Shown: positions 25,001-34,671 of the stretch, in pieces
How the letters are laid out: each line of letters begins with the position of its first letter
How positions within the stretch are numbered: the first letter of the stretch is position 1
Assembly (NCBI GenBank): GCA_040285825.1
Contig: JAUPSS010000004.1
Coordinates: 6,787,784 to 6,851,783 of the forward strand
Direction of reading: 5' to 3'
Length of the DNA stretch: 64,000 nucleotides
Source: Eukaryota sp. TZLM1-RC
Lineage: Eukaryota; Protista; Metamonada: BaSk clade
Notes under the pieces: generated by a model
Told to the model about the DNA's origin: nothing
The model's database searches: none
The model's input: only the letters and a program-made list of their open reading frames with translations
Made by a program: the position numbers and the translations under genes

Positions 25001-28000
25001 TCTTTGTCTTTATATTCTATCAACACTGAGAATTTCTTTATCAAACTTCTTTCTTCTAGTGTTCTCAATAATTTGTTCATTAATGTTACTCAGTTTTTTT
25101 CCATTTACTTTTCGTGTGAAGTTGATTTAACGCTCTCCTCAATTGAATTACATGGAAGAAGCTTTATTAATAATTCAATAGTACTACGTTCATTTGATGA
25201 CTCTAAATTGATCAATACGGGTGGCGTATATCTTGATGGTAATGATTTAGTCTTGTTCCAAATTCATTTTTACCAATCACATTCCGGTGGTTTCTATTCT
25301 TATAATTCTTCTATTGATTTTTTGCAAACTTTTGTGTTGAATGGATCCGTGGTGATTACTGAATCATATTTGACAATGGTAAATGGAGAACTATCAGTGA
25401 ATGGCATTTTTCTCAATTCAGCTTGGTCAGTTACTGGTAATGTTTCAGTTGGTGATTCTGTAATTGATTTTCGTGGGTCTTTTGTCTACAATTTTGGTCA
25501 TTTGCATTTTTGGGATACCTTTTTTTATGTCAATGATACCGTAACTTTCTCAAATGCCTTGGATGCCGACTTTTTTGAATTTTCTGGAATTATTGATGTT
25601 TATGGACCACAATTAATCTCGTTTTTAAAAGGTGTGTTTGTTTTTACTGAAGCTACTTACTCCATCAATTCTATTTGGTTTAATAACACAGAATTTTTTC
25701 TGTTTCTAGACTTATATAATTCTTCACTTTTTATGAATGTGGACAAGGGAGAAATTTCCTCTGAAATACGATTTTATGAAAGTGAAATTGTTGTCAACTC
25801 AACTGATTTCGTCTTTACCACTGATACTATTCTTAAGGGGCCTGGTAAATTAATCTTACTTCCTCAATCAACTGTAAATTTTAATGGATTTTTTCAAATT
25901 GATCCACACATCGAGATTACTTTGGCATCTCTGATCTTCTCAAAAGTTTCTGTTGTTCATCTCTCTTCAGTCTATATTAATGGAGGCTTGATCACTTTTA
26001 TGGGGTGTACTTTTGGTGGAAATTTTTCTTTTATAATGAATGATGGATCATTATCATTTCACTCCACTGATGTCTTTGTTCATGACCTTGTTGCACTTGA
26101 CAACTCATTGACAAACATTGATAATCCACTGTTGGTGGGAGTTGGAAATCTCTCTGTAACCCGAGCTGCTTTTTTCTACAGTTCATCTTCCAACACAGAT
26201 TTTACCATATCAAAGTCATCATTCACGGAGTCATTATTACATCTCAGCGGTGATAATGTTTTCTTTAACTTTATGAGTCTTGAAGACTCCTTTTTGACAT
26301 GTAATAATACAATCTCAGTAACCACACTGTTTCTCAGTAATTCCTCTATTACTGGTGGCAAGCTCCATTGTACTACTTGTTCTGTTGACAAGGGTATTTC
26401 ATTGGTGAATTCAACATTTGTCTCTGATAATTCATTAACAATTTCTTCTATGAAGACTTTGTTTATGCTAGATCATTCAATTTTTGTAATTGATTCTAAA
26501 CTAGTCCTTTCTTATATGTCTTCTCACTTTTTTTCAGCAAAAAACAGCTCAGTGGAATTTCTAGACGTAGTTCTGTTCGAAAATGTTGTTTTTATTTTTG
26601 AAACCGCTTGTTATTTTCACCAAAATGTCATTATTTCTAATGCTGTTTTGGAATTTACTAACATTGTTCACGTTGACTCAGAAATGACTTTGAACACTTC
26701 TACTCTGCTTATTGAAAACCTAATGGTTGTTGATGGTGTGTTGAATGGTAATTCTACTGATGATCTGGTTCTTACTTCAATGGCCATTATCCAAGTTTAT
26801 GGTCATTTTAATTTGGGTGAATGTTTGAATGTGGTTTCAGGAATTTTCATCTTTGAATATTCTTCTTCATTCAATTTTGTTAATATTGAGTTAACCAATG
26901 GTGAAGTTGAGATATACGGTTCTATTCGAGATGAACTTGCTTTGGATTCTGTTTTGGTATCTACTAGCAATTTGTTATTTCAAAGTTTCATCAATTCAAT
27001 TTCAATCGAATCCTTCTTTATTTACAGTGGAACTGTTACATTCAACAATATTTCAACTCTTCAAGTTTTTGATTTGGAGTTCCAAGGTGGAAATCTTTAC
27101 TTTGAATATTTCGAAAATGCCCTATTTTTTGAAAAATTAATAGTAACTGGCTCCTTTGTGTTTTTTAATACAGGTTTCCCAGTAATCACTACCTACTTAT
27201 TGTTTCAACACGGAGAAATATATGGAGAAGATCCATTATTGGTATTAAGCGAATTGAATCCTAAATTATCCCTGATTGAGGGAAGTTGTTGCCCCTCACA
27301 TTATTGTGAGTTTTTCATTACTGATCATCAACTCAATCAATCGAATTTGATCATTCTAGGTGAAAGTTCTGCTGATGTGATGGATTTTGATCACAGTGAG
27401 GCAAACATACAACTTATTACTGCAAATAACATTTATCCTTACTTTGAGATTAATATTCTTGTTGAAATATCCACAAACCAGAAATTTCAGCTTCTTTCAA
27501 TCAATGTACCTGTTTGTCCACCTATCATTCATTCGGTCAGTAATCCTGGTACAAGAGGTGGTGAGGTTACTATAACTGGAGAGAATTTTGGATCTGCTGC
27601 TGCTGTAGTAAGTCTTTCACCAATGGAGTTTTCTATTGTTGTCTCACCTGTTACTCATTTTACTATATTATTTGATATTATTTCATATACTGGATGTCAC
27701 AAACTTACTATTAAAGTCAACCATAATGGTATTGCTGATTCAGAACTCTGTTTTGTACCTCCTGAATTAACATTCTTGGAGCCCAAAAGACTGCCTTTCT
27801 CTGGTATTCTTGTGCTCAATGGAATGAATTTTGGTTTACTGCCTATTGACATTCAATTAGTAAATGCTACGTTTTCCTCATTTATTGAAATTCAGCAGCA
27901 CGATAGACTTGTCATCAATTTTGACTATATTTGTTCTGAACAATCCTTTGTGGTCATATCTGTTGCTGCAGGCGGACAGAGCAGTAATTCTTTGTTGTTA

Positions 28001-31000
28001 CGATTTGAATCTCCATTTCTAGAAGTAAATCCAAGAATTATACCTTCACAGAACGCTTATTTTACTATTACTTTACCATTTAGTTCTTTTTTTTCCGAAT
28101 GCTTATCATATTCTTTGTTACATTCTGGTTTTTCTTCAAATTTCACTGTTATTGGAAGAGATTCTCTGTTGGTCAACATTCCTCATATTGATGACACTTC
28201 ATCATTGGTACAATTGGAAGTATTATTTATCAATAAAAGTGAAATTATTTCAAGTGAAATATCACTTTATGTTACCACTATCACCGCAACAGAGCCAGAA
28301 TATATTTGTTTTGTTAGTGCACCATGCACCATCATGCTTTACTCCTCTGATCAATCCTTCAAATTTAGTAATTTAGCATTTCTTGCTGATTCTTTTGTGG
28401 AATTCCTTAGTTACGAGACCAATGGACACTATGTCACTGTCAATTTTGTTTCACGGAACTCTGGTTTTATTTCCTTTTGTGTTGAAATATTTGATGGCAT
28501 TTCCCTGGAATTTTGCCCTTCTGGATTGCCACATATTTTCGAATTGCCCCAAATCAATCAAAAATTGTTTCACTTTTTTGGAACACTTACATCTATATCA
28601 TTTGAATTGCAACTGGAAAGAGCTTATCTTTATCCCAGAAGTACTTGGACAAAGTCTTTGTTCTTCGGGGACTCGGTGGAGCTTGAGAATATAGAAGTGT
28701 TATCATCTACATTAGAAGTCTCCTTAAAAGTACACAGACGTGGAACTTATCCCCTGTTTTCGATCCATGAATTGGGATATAGTTCTAGTTTAGGTGTTTC
28801 ATTTGAAGTAGACAGTTTTGTTGGATTACCATTGCAAATTCCTCACAATGCCATGTTTACGGTAAATCTTGTTACAAATATACAAGACTTATTTTTAGAA
28901 AAAGAAGGTCAATCCATACCCTTACTTCCAGGTTTCCAAAAATTGTTATTCTTAGAACCATTTTACTTTTTCATCAAAAACTTTGCAAATACACAAATTG
29001 TGCGACCAAAGGTACTTCAATTTTCACACAATGTTTTGGATTACTTTGGTCCTGATGTCACTTTTAGAGCCGAAATTACTTTTTCTTCTTCATTGGTGGT
29101 GAATGATTTGAATGTCATTGGCCACAATGTCTCAGTAGAAGACTTTGAAGTCCTTGGTAGCCATTTGGCTTTTAATATTGTTACATCTGCTTTGGGTTCT
29201 TATTCTGTTCAAATTTCCAATCAAATTGATGGAGTGGGATGGTTTTGGAATGTTAGTTCTGTAGTTGTTGATCCACCAAATACTTCTGTTAAGTCTCCGA
29301 ATATTTTGAATTTAGCTATCCACGATACACTTTATATTAAACAAGAACCCTTCTTTGGAGAAACTAGCGTTTATCTCAACGAAACACTGTCAGATTTCAT
29401 TGCAAATGAAAATGGAATTTTTGAAATTTTTGTCGGTAATGTTGTATTACCTCGGAGCCAAAAGGCTCCGATTGTCCTTGGCTGGTTTATTAATGGCTTT
29501 AATCCATTTTTCATAGAAAATTTGGTATTGGTTAATTTGACTATAACTTCTGTCAGTGATGGAATTTCTGTGTTAATTCCCCGAGATATTGACCTTGAAA
29601 TTACTACCGTTGATTCCTCTTGGAGCCTTAATTGTGAAGTTTTTGGGGTCTTGTTCGTTGCGCAAATAGTTAATCATCATTCTCACGTGAAGATATCTTG
29701 TCTCAATGTTTTATCTCCAGTTTATGATGAGTTTGTAGATCTTTTCCTTGTTGTTGAGGGAATTTCTTTAGCAAAAACAGTAGTTGAAGTTGATGCGATT
29801 TTTGTGGAACTTTGTTACCCACAAACAGAGTTATTCCCCAAAATCACCAATCAGCATATTATTTCAACAAATACTAACCAATTTAGTTTAATTACAAATG
29901 AATTTCGATGCTGTTTTGGAGTTTGTTCAGAATTTTATCCCACAAATAGCAGTTTATTTTTTCAATTTGATACTTTTTATGATGTTTATATTATAATTGT
30001 GGTCTTTAATTCTGATTGTGAAGTGTCTAGTGTGAATGCACCTTTCTTTGTGTCTTTTTCTGATGATTTGTCTGGAATTTCTAATTTTGATGCATTTTGC
30101 TCATCAATTCCGAACGGTTTTATTTATGCAGTCATCTGCAGACTTGATGTTATCTCGCCAAATTTGGTTGTTACCAAGTCTGTTTCTATTACCCCCCTTC
30201 AAGACTTGGATATCACAGAAGTAGAATTTTATGGTCTTGCCGATAGTACCTGTATCTCTGTTCTTGATGTCAATCAGGGTGTCAATTCTCTTGAGAATGA
30301 CTTGGTTATTGAAACTTTTTTCCAGGAGTCAGAAGCAAGTACTCAAAGCTTTACCTCCAAGTCTAGCTTTTTGTTATTTGTATCTGGCAAGTTTAACAAA
30401 ATTAGCTCCCAGTTTCTTATCGATTCTGTGTTAGTTGCACCCTTATGTGTGAATAAATACAAAGCGGTACAATTAGTGCATTTACCGGGTGATTTTGGTA
30501 AGTTTTCCTGTATGGATGCAAATGTAACCAGTACTGTCCTTGATCCTTTTGATGATGTGTCACTGAAGTGTTTTTGTTCTGATGATTTTGGATTTCCAAT
30601 CAGCTGTAAGTCTCTTTCAATTAATCCTTATTTGATGGATGCCCCTCAACAATTGTTTTTTCAACAATGCAGTGATCTCATATGTGAGTTTTCATTCATC
30701 TTTAATTTACCTGGCTTTTTTACTTATAGCTTTAACTTCCACCACCATACTGCATTGGTTTCGATTAACTTTACACAAACTTACCATGCTAGCCTTTTGT
30801 CTACAATGTCCAATGCAGATCCATGCCGATTATCTTACTTTAGCAGAAGAACTTGTGTAAAAATTAATCTAACCGTTCTTCTGTTTGAACATTTACCTCA
30901 TCGAAATGAAACTTCTACAATAGAAAACACTGATTTAGTATTTAATGCTCCATATTATTCCATTTCAATCAGTGAAGATAAGATTCAATTAGTTGGATAT

Positions 31001-32293
31001 CCAGTTGCTTCCTTACCATTAACCATTACTTATCCTCAGCTCAGTATCTCTACCCATGTTATTATTAATACAACGATGTGTAAATCCCCTAAGACTTTGG
31101 TTGCAGGTGAATGTCATTGTCCACCAGGTTACGAACTTACCACTGGAGGGAACTGTACTCCATGTAGTATTCATACTTACAAAGAGAGTCATATGCTGAG
31201 CTGTCAAGTGTGTCCGCTTAATAGAGTTACATTGGAGCAAGCAACAACATCAAGACAACTATGTCTTTGTCCTATGCATAATGTAGAGGTACAGGGAGAA
31301 TGTCGATTGTGTCCAAAGCTGGCAAGTTGTTTTTATGGTGACATTTCCTTTGTTTATCATGGATTCGTTTATAATAATTATACTGGAGTGATTACTGAAT
31401 GTCCGCTTAGATACCGTTGTATTAATTCTACATGTCGCATGGGGTATACTGGAGATTGGTGCCAAGAATGTCAAGCTGGCTTTGCTTTAGTAGGATCTTT
31501 TTGTCTCTATAGATCTGTGGTTTTTTATGTACTTTCTTTTGTCGTCAATGTGCTGTTGTTTGGACTTGTTTATATCATTTATCTCTACCACTCACAGCTT
31601 GCAGTTTATAATGACCATTTAATTGCTTCTTTTAAATCAAAACCTTGGTATGGAATCGAACAGTTCAGGCGACAACATCACCGTTTACTTTCAGCTAATA
31701 TGAAGCGCCCTTTTATTTGTCCCTTTTTGCTGTCACTTTTAGTTGGAATCTCTTCATTTGACTCAATGTTATTGGGATGGAGCTTCTCTTCTTCGTTAAC
31801 CTTACTTCTTTTTCCTTTGAGTTCATCAGTTCCACTAATTTCTGTTCTTGTTCAATATTGTGTTTTTCAACTTGCTAGAGTGCTTGTAGACTCTGTGCGT
31901 TCATCTTCTAGGAGTCTATTGGAGGGTTTTTCTTCCCTTAAATCTGTTTTTCAGGGTCTATTTCTTCAACGTAGTGTTTTTGATGGTTTGTTTGCGATTC
32001 AAACTGCCTGCCTTTTGTCTACAAAACCTCCCTTAATTGAGATGTTTTTGATTCTGATTGTAGTTGGTGGTTTTCTTTCATTATCATGGAAAGGGTTTTC
32101 ATTTGTTCAAGTTCTAGTATCTATAATTTGTATATTTGCTGAGATTTTTCTGAAATATTCATGGTACAATTTCATTCGTTCGATTTCTATTTTGATCTTA
32201 ATGTTGACTAGGTGCCATCGTTTCATGCTTTTAGCCTCTGCACTGACCGGACTTTTTATTATTCATCACTCTTTTACTTTTTTTACTTTTTAG
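16049..32293 (+). CDS. Giant 5414-aa membrane-anchored surface protein
   Basis: Signal-peptide-like N-terminus, long beta-rich region, eight 215-aa repeats, IPT/TIG-like segments (PGTRGGEVTITGENFG, LVLNGMNFG), Cys-rich ephrin-receptor-like/EGF-like region (CHCPPGY...CTPC...CQVCP...CRMGYTGDWCQEC) and multiple C-terminal hydrophobic helices. Uninterrupted 16.2-kb frame. Confidence 0.9.
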   Translation: MFNDLRSPLSLLTLLFFSFFGVCTSTWQIDSDVELTDQRFEQIVDFSTIYCTLTIKDGGRLSVWEEIRVSSPSTVVLDGGEFVFFGSKISGNGWLDIRQHSNSIEFPFTILGSSAKVVDAYLRVRGASIKISSKVSFQDKCDYFERGILLLDDHTNSEIIIDKPNALTGSFDLVMEGGSLDFKSNSIGTSFNLDIRKGIVKNLLPSIPKGRSLKISNNVVVSQALSTSFVVNGKLEWDVSPSSEVSGISLSISDSGATADLVMRRSFNFNSVTLSAGYLKLDTVNTRSFASSTEIIVSGGNFNLLGDWNTVILKFTSSGSFRSSSNTNIGTLRLNELSSSLNLEDTIISNIDLGQLVINNEIELPWRLARIVRKIQITSIGYLSQENCGLSVRNMFPELELVIVSGGRFKTHCNTDIKQITSSGDIEIPSGTKVVFKSFTMNNGKLTGDGEVDFDNVELKNGEVSLNILGFLRTVSLNINEITMSSPFVTVRSSRTVTIAEGNLSLNQLTLANGNLILSSHTSLAPSFFIHSGAELTFSRGSSSRSLETLNLEGSLVVDQYLSCNDFFSSNGQLLVDDGRLVTKVLTLANSSPYSLLIKNGDVRVTSKIVHTGSFIVHGENGAIDFFNSDPLLLGLTASVLKSLHIKVSSSSSQVFSDGILLLDNVLFLSGTSEITNVNLDGSFFTVGSSSTMYFGSISSQFDLIVEGNLYTTGPNSIEFNLLDLRHNLLLGTDLVIDSLSWNCATIEQNVGAPKLEVNSLVIGSTGCGSSSTFYLDTVELTVLNEFIVEANFIFNCIDCFVKLSSLDIDFTSFSAIFNNFKLDADEFSVFENGIFNFNNFVLKDGHLELSKCKVESGKNVQIDDETVLEISNLQENSDLELINKGSLFCKGTFDSPLFSLTLQGTFSAESTIEIRDFIWNSGSVNGKVEVTSLFSSPNSGSRVLEENSLLVLNNVGEVNLVDFICNYGCKGLLNKGSSILEGDLKIGSDDNVHDNSLFANEGTFKVEGSLVQLPFGISNTGSITFSNSESINLQLPSPESTSFDCEGGIFNFNNFVLKDGHLELSKCKVESGKNVQIDDETILEINKLQENSDLELINKGSLFCKGTFDSPLSSLTLQGTFSAESTIEIQDFIWNSGSVNGKVEVTSLFSSPSSGSRVLEENSLLVLNNVGKVKLVDFICNYGCKGLLNKGNSILEGDLKIGSDDNVHDNSLFANEGTFKVEGSLVQLPFGISNTGSITFSNSESINLELPNPESTSFDCEGGIFNFNNFVLKDGHLELSKCKVESGKNVQIEDETILEISNLQENSDLELINKGSLFCKGTFDSPLSSLTLQGTFSAESTIEIQDFIWNSGSVNGEVEVTSLFSSPSSGSRVLEENSLLVLNNVGKVNLVDFICNYGCKGLLNKGNSILEGDLKIGSDDNVHDKSLFANEGTFKVEGSLVQLPFGISNTGSITFSNSESINLELPNPESTSFDCEGGIFNFNNFVLKDGHLELSKCKVESGKNVQIDDETILEINKLQENSDLELINKGSLFCKGTFDSPLSSLTLQGTFSAESTIEIQDFIWNSGSVNGEVEVTSLFSSPSSGSRVLEENSLLVLNNVGKVNLVDFICNYGCKGLLNKGNSILEGDLKIGSDDNVHDKSLFANEGTFRVEGSLVQLPFGISNTGSITFSNSESINLELPNPESTSFDCEGGIFNFNNFVLKDGHLELSKCKVESGKNVQIDDETILEISNLQENSDLELINKGSLFCKGTFDSPLSSLTLQGTFSAESTIEIQDFIWNSGSVNGEVEVTSLFSSPSSGSRVLEENSLLMLNNVGKVNLVDFICNYGCKGLLNKGNSILEGDLKIGSDDNVHDNSLFANEGIFKVEGSLVQLPFGISNTGSITFSNSESINLELPNPESTSFDCEGGIFNFNNFVLKDGHLELSKCKVESGKNVQIDDETILEISNLQENSDLELINKGSLFCKGTFDSPLSSLTLQGTFSAESTIEIQDFIWNSGSVNGEVEVTSLFSSPSSGSRVLEENSLLMLNNVGKVNLVDFICNYGCKGLLNKGNSILEGDLKIGSDDNVHDNSLFANEGIFKVEGSLVQLPFGISNTGSITFSNSESINLELPSTESTSFDCEGGIFNFNNFVLKDGHLELSKCKVESGKNVQIDDETILEISNLQENSDLELINKGSLFCKGTFDSPLSSLTLQGTFSAESTIEIQDFIWNSGSVNGKVEVTSLFSSPSSGSRVLEENSLLVLNNVGKVKLVDFICNYGCKGLLNKGNSILEGDLKIGSDDNVHDNSLFANEGTFKVEGSLVQLPFGISNTGSITFSNSESINLELPNPESTSFDCEGGIFNFNNFVLKDGHLELSKCKVESGKNVQIDDETVLEISNLQENSDLELINKGSLFCKGTFDSPLSSLTLQGTFSAESTIEIQDFIWNSGSVNGEVEVTSLFSSPSSGSRVLEENSLLVLNNVGKVNLVDFICNYGCKGLLNKGNSILEGDLKIGSDDNVHDKSLFANEGTFKVEGSLVQLPFGISNTGSITFSNSVRLKKPFENRGSVSIKSDFEGDDQFLNFNFLNLGENSSILCSLIFNSDKDSSIICHGCSIFSPVESHQGSMHLYGNALLAFTVLMQQSSLQSLNALIVFEKGITMETSQLHAADSVFLLNHQSFVVFNSEVNLNKCTFADDGVLDLQDCDIIFFEVETLSDLIISSAIDYLLSKLTCGFNMVKFLGQGSPSIDNLTTEDVIIEIEENDLLVHSFHNHGTVLKGSTLIIKTYFLSYNHLLLLDCSILEILCNSHIFHTIESNNPCAVIVNNGELVVNGSLITLHMVDTNDLFINNLITHFVSSRNSPLYLNWEVLTTRGSSLVVTEDVVFGKNLTVDGLLTSSNSKLSLNGEVVSFSVTSEFNLDNVDLVVNGKIFFDGLLVFSEVKISGSSSFYLLTNSFIDSLSIHSLNVFRYLEIELLEVGTLVIDADHEVDSNVHTENFTWMKGDLFSLSLYSINTENFFIKLLSSSVLNNLFINVTQFFSIYFSCEVDLTLSSIELHGRSFINNSIVLRSFDDSKLINTGGVYLDGNDLVLFQIHFYQSHSGGFYSYNSSIDFLQTFVLNGSVVITESYLTMVNGELSVNGIFLNSAWSVTGNVSVGDSVIDFRGSFVYNFGHLHFWDTFFYVNDTVTFSNALDADFFEFSGIIDVYGPQLISFLKGVFVFTEATYSINSIWFNNTEFFLFLDLYNSSLFMNVDKGEISSEIRFYESEIVVNSTDFVFTTDTILKGPGKLILLPQSTVNFNGFFQIDPHIEITLASLIFSKVSVVHLSSVYINGGLITFMGCTFGGNFSFIMNDGSLSFHSTDVFVHDLVALDNSLTNIDNPLLVGVGNLSVTRAAFFYSSSSNTDFTISKSSFTESLLHLSGDNVFFNFMSLEDSFLTCNNTISVTTLFLSNSSITGGKLHCTTCSVDKGISLVNSTFVSDNSLTISSMKTLFMLDHSIFVIDSKLVLSYMSSHFFSAKNSSVEFLDVVLFENVVFIFETACYFHQNVIISNAVLEFTNIVHVDSEMTLNTSTLLIENLMVVDGVLNGNSTDDLVLTSMAIIQVYGHFNLGECLNVVSGIFIFEYSSSFNFVNIELTNGEVEIYGSIRDELALDSVLVSTSNLLFQSFINSISIESFFIYSGTVTFNNISTLQVFDLEFQGGNLYFEYFENALFFEKLIVTGSFVFFNTGFPVITTYLLFQHGEIYGEDPLLVLSELNPKLSLIEGSCCPSHYCEFFITDHQLNQSNLIILGESSADVMDFDHSEANIQLITANNIYPYFEINILVEISTNQKFQLLSINVPVCPPIIHSVSNPGTRGGEVTITGENFGSAAAVVSLSPMEFSIVVSPVTHFTILFDIISYTGCHKLTIKVNHNGIADSELCFVPPELTFLEPKRLPFSGILVLNGMNFGLLPIDIQLVNATFSSFIEIQQHDRLVINFDYICSEQSFVVISVAAGGQSSNSLLLRFESPFLEVNPRIIPSQNAYFTITLPFSSFFSECLSYSLLHSGFSSNFTVIGRDSLLVNIPHIDDTSSLVQLEVLFINKSEIISSEISLYVTTITATEPEYICFVSAPCTIMLYSSDQSFKFSNLAFLADSFVEFLSYETNGHYVTVNFVSRNSGFISFCVEIFDGISLEFCPSGLPHIFELPQINQKLFHFFGTLTSISFELQLERAYLYPRSTWTKSLFFGDSVELENIEVLSSTLEVSLKVHRRGTYPLFSIHELGYSSSLGVSFEVDSFVGLPLQIPHNAMFTVNLVTNIQDLFLEKEGQSIPLLPGFQKLLFLEPFYFFIKNFANTQIVRPKVLQFSHNVLDYFGPDVTFRAEITFSSSLVVNDLNVIGHNVSVEDFEVLGSHLAFNIVTSALGSYSVQISNQIDGVGWFWNVSSVVVDPPNTSVKSPNILNLAIHDTLYIKQEPFFGETSVYLNETLSDFIANENGIFEIFVGNVVLPRSQKAPIVLGWFINGFNPFFIENLVLVNLTITSVSDGISVLIPRDIDLEITTVDSSWSLNCEVFGVLFVAQIVNHHSHVKISCLNVLSPVYDEFVDLFLVVEGISLAKTVVEVDAIFVELCYPQTELFPKITNQHIISTNTNQFSLITNEFRCCFGVCSEFYPTNSSLFFQFDTFYDVYIIIVVFNSDCEVSSVNAPFFVSFSDDLSGISNFDAFCSSIPNGFIYAVICRLDVISPNLVVTKSVSITPLQDLDITEVEFYGLADSTCISVLDVNQGVNSLENDLVIETFFQESEASTQSFTSKSSFLLFVSGKFNKISSQFLIDSVLVAPLCVNKYKAVQLVHLPGDFGKFSCMDANVTSTVLDPFDDVSLKCFCSDDFGFPISCKSLSINPYLMDAPQQLFFQQCSDLICEFSFIFNLPGFFTYSFNFHHHTALVSINFTQTYHASLLSTMSNADPCRLSYFSRRTCVKINLTVLLFEHLPHRNETSTIENTDLVFNAPYYSISISEDKIQLVGYPVASLPLTITYPQLSISTHVIINTTMCKSPKTLVAGECHCPPGYELTTGGNCTPCSIHTYKESHMLSCQVCPLNRVTLEQATTSRQLCLCPMHNVEVQGECRLCPKLASCFYGDISFVYHGFVYNNYTGVITECPLRYRCINSTCRMGYTGDWCQECQAGFALVGSFCLYRSVVFYVLSFVVNVLLFGLVYIIYLYHSQLAVYNDHLIASFKSKPWYGIEQFRRQHHRLLSANMKRPFICPFLLSLLVGISSFDSMLLGWSFSSSLTLLLFPLSSSVPLISVLVQYCVFQLARVLVDSVRSSSRSLLEGFSSLKSVFQGLFLQRSVFDGLFAIQTACLLSTKPPLIEMFLILIVVGGFLSLSWKGFSFVQVLVSIICIFAEIFLKYSWYNFIRSISILILMLTRCHRFMLLASALTGLFIIHHSFTFFTF
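18548..23649 (+). repeat. In-frame tandem array, 645-bp (215-aa) unit, about 7.9 copies
   Basis: Units begin GGAATTTTCAACTTTAAC at 18548, 19193, 19838, 20483, 21128, 21773, 22418 and 23063. The last unit ends at 23649. Units are nearly identical. Confidence 0.98.
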
Positions 32294-32439
32294 TGTTTGC
32301 TATATTTTTGTAAATATTGTACTATACTCAAAATAAATGTGTTGTGATTACTTGTTATCAAGTAGCTAAGCTAATGTGATATTGTTGCCTACATTCAAAG
32401 TTAACAAATACTGATATCAAGGTGTCAAATATCAGTGCA

Positions 32440-34170
32440 TAACGGTGTGAAACGAATTCTGAATTCTTTTTAAACATCAATTGTCAAATAAACTTGCCGA
32501 AGCTTGGCAACCACAAAGTTTGAGAACTCTATAAAAGTTGCTGAATTTGCAGCAAAGGCGAATAACTCGGTGTTTGTATCTTCGATTGTCTGGTTTATGT
32601 CTTCCTCTGCCACGGTATTTTGGGTCGCCCATCGTTTTTGTTTTTCATAAATTCTATTTTTCAGAGACCAAAACATTCGGGACATTCTCAACCATTTGTA
32701 CTTCTTGTCTTGATTCATCACCCGACTATTTTTTTGCTGTTCGGCTTCATTTTGAGGAACCATGGCCAATTCTTGATCAGTCTTTTCACTCCCAAAATAT
32801 AATAAATCAAGTTTTCCAGGGTCACATACAACTATTCGTTATTTTGAAAATTTTCAACATCAACATCATCATAATATAAATCAGATATACTAGCCTTGTT
32901 GTCTGGTTTACATTTCTGGCCTTCCAAATTTCGACGAACGAATTCCACTGCATTATTGAAGCCATCTGTGTGGATAATGTTGTTGAATTTATAGCTCTTC
33001 TGTTTGAACATTGGTTGATTTAAATCGAGAATATTAGACCAAGATTCAAATTGCTAAGGTGGTTTGAATTTCGTAATTTGGGCTAGTGTATTGGACATTT
33101 TTCAGCGTCTGTGTAGGTCATAAATCATCCATTAATGTTTGTTTGATAAATTCTCCATATTGATCTTGTATCAATAGGAAAATATCTAGGGCTTACAGTG
33201 GTTGAAACGGGAGAAATATGATAAGGTTTTTTCTCTCTACTGGAAATATATTGAGCAATTGCAATTGCTGGTTTTAGAAATATTTGAGGATCTGTTTTAA
33301 CAGCGTCTGCAAAAAAATGTATATCCACTGGAAATATATTATCAACAAAATTCTGGTCAGTGACCAAATTCTCAAATTTGACAGGTAAATGGCTCAATAA
33401 GCCTTCACAAATGTCTCTACGTTCATTATTTCTTATATCATGCTGTTCACATAAATCGAAAAATTCGTCAATCAGAAGGTCTGAATTATTTTCTGGATGA
33501 TGAAACAAAGCACTCACGCAATTTCTATCATCAACTAAAAACAAGTTTTTGAATTGTAGAAGCCTAAATCTATATAGTGAAATAATTGTAGATAATGGCG
33601 TTGAGTATCTACCCAGTTTGTGCATTTCTGCTAACACATTTTCCACATCTGGTTTTTCAAAATAAACATTAATAAAACGACTGATATGTTTTTCATGATC
33701 TAGTTTCAAATTATTCTCAAAATTGGTAAACATTACTGGGGCCATTTACTCAGGTGGTCTACTGAAGCCATCAGTTGGAAATCGTGGAAAAAACTCAGGC
33801 CTATATCTCAAATGGTCTACATAACTTATAGTTTTGTTCAACTTTTGTTGTTCACAGATAGTCGATAATCTATAATCTCTTTCACCATAAACAAAATCCT
33901 TTGAAAATGCGCTTTTTGGTTTCACCATTGTTTGCCCATAATACTCAGCTGTAATATAACGAATTCTGGCCATTGATGATTCATATAATTGGGTAGATAT
34001 TCGTGGTGGTATAAAATTACGTTCAAAACGAGATTGTAATTACAGCTTTAAGCAACAAGTGGTGTGAATACGTAACTGTTGAAATTTTAAAGCAGTTTCT
34101 CTCAATTTGAGTATCACATTTGAATGTTTAACCATTAAGTTGACGGTTGCTCGAATGGTTTTATAATGAT
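32440..34170 (-). pseudogene. Fanzor1 (TnpB-like RNA-guided nuclease) pseudogene, second family, 3'-truncated
   Basis: FENNLKLDHEKHISRFINVYF, PYHISPVSTTVSPRYFPIDTRSI, FNNIIHTDGFNNAVEF (~32940-32990), RuvC-I RIVVCDPGKLDLLYF (~32795-32840), ANSATFIEFSNFV. Stops and frameshifts; RuvC-II/III missing. Confidence 0.8.
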
Positions 34171-34671
34171 GCCGTTAGGCAGAAATACCAAAGAAGTAAA
34201 GAGAGAAAAGAGCGTTTATTAATAAAGAAACCCGTTCTTCAACGAGTGCCACGTCATCAGGAGAAATCCTGAGATATCTACTAACCTTATTTATCAGCAA
34301 CTATAACACTACTTCCCATTTTCCTTTCAAAAGTTTCAAAAATAACTTAACACAAGGAAGAGAACGGATTTGACAAATTCTGGGGTGGGTCGTTGCAAAG
34401 ACGGAGATGACTCACTTCGTGTTTTACTTTAGAGGGACAGTCACGAGACAAATGACCCTTCTGCTAACACTTAAAGCAGATTCCTTCAATCAAATTGCGG
34501 GATTTATTAGATGATCAAGATTTCATTCCAGCTTGGTGCAGAAAGTCAGTAGTTTTATGAAAAATCTTTGGAAGTCTGTTCCAAAAGTTTATTCGAGAAC
34601 AATCAAAGAGTTCATCTTCTGCAGTACTTACCAAGGTAGGAGATAGGTGGATATATCAATAAATAAATAAA

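Noticed and set aside
16195-31474. Many short alternative-frame and antisense ORFs inside the giant gene (also within Sec24, the flippase and Sec6)
   Set aside because: Expected shadow ORFs without motifs.
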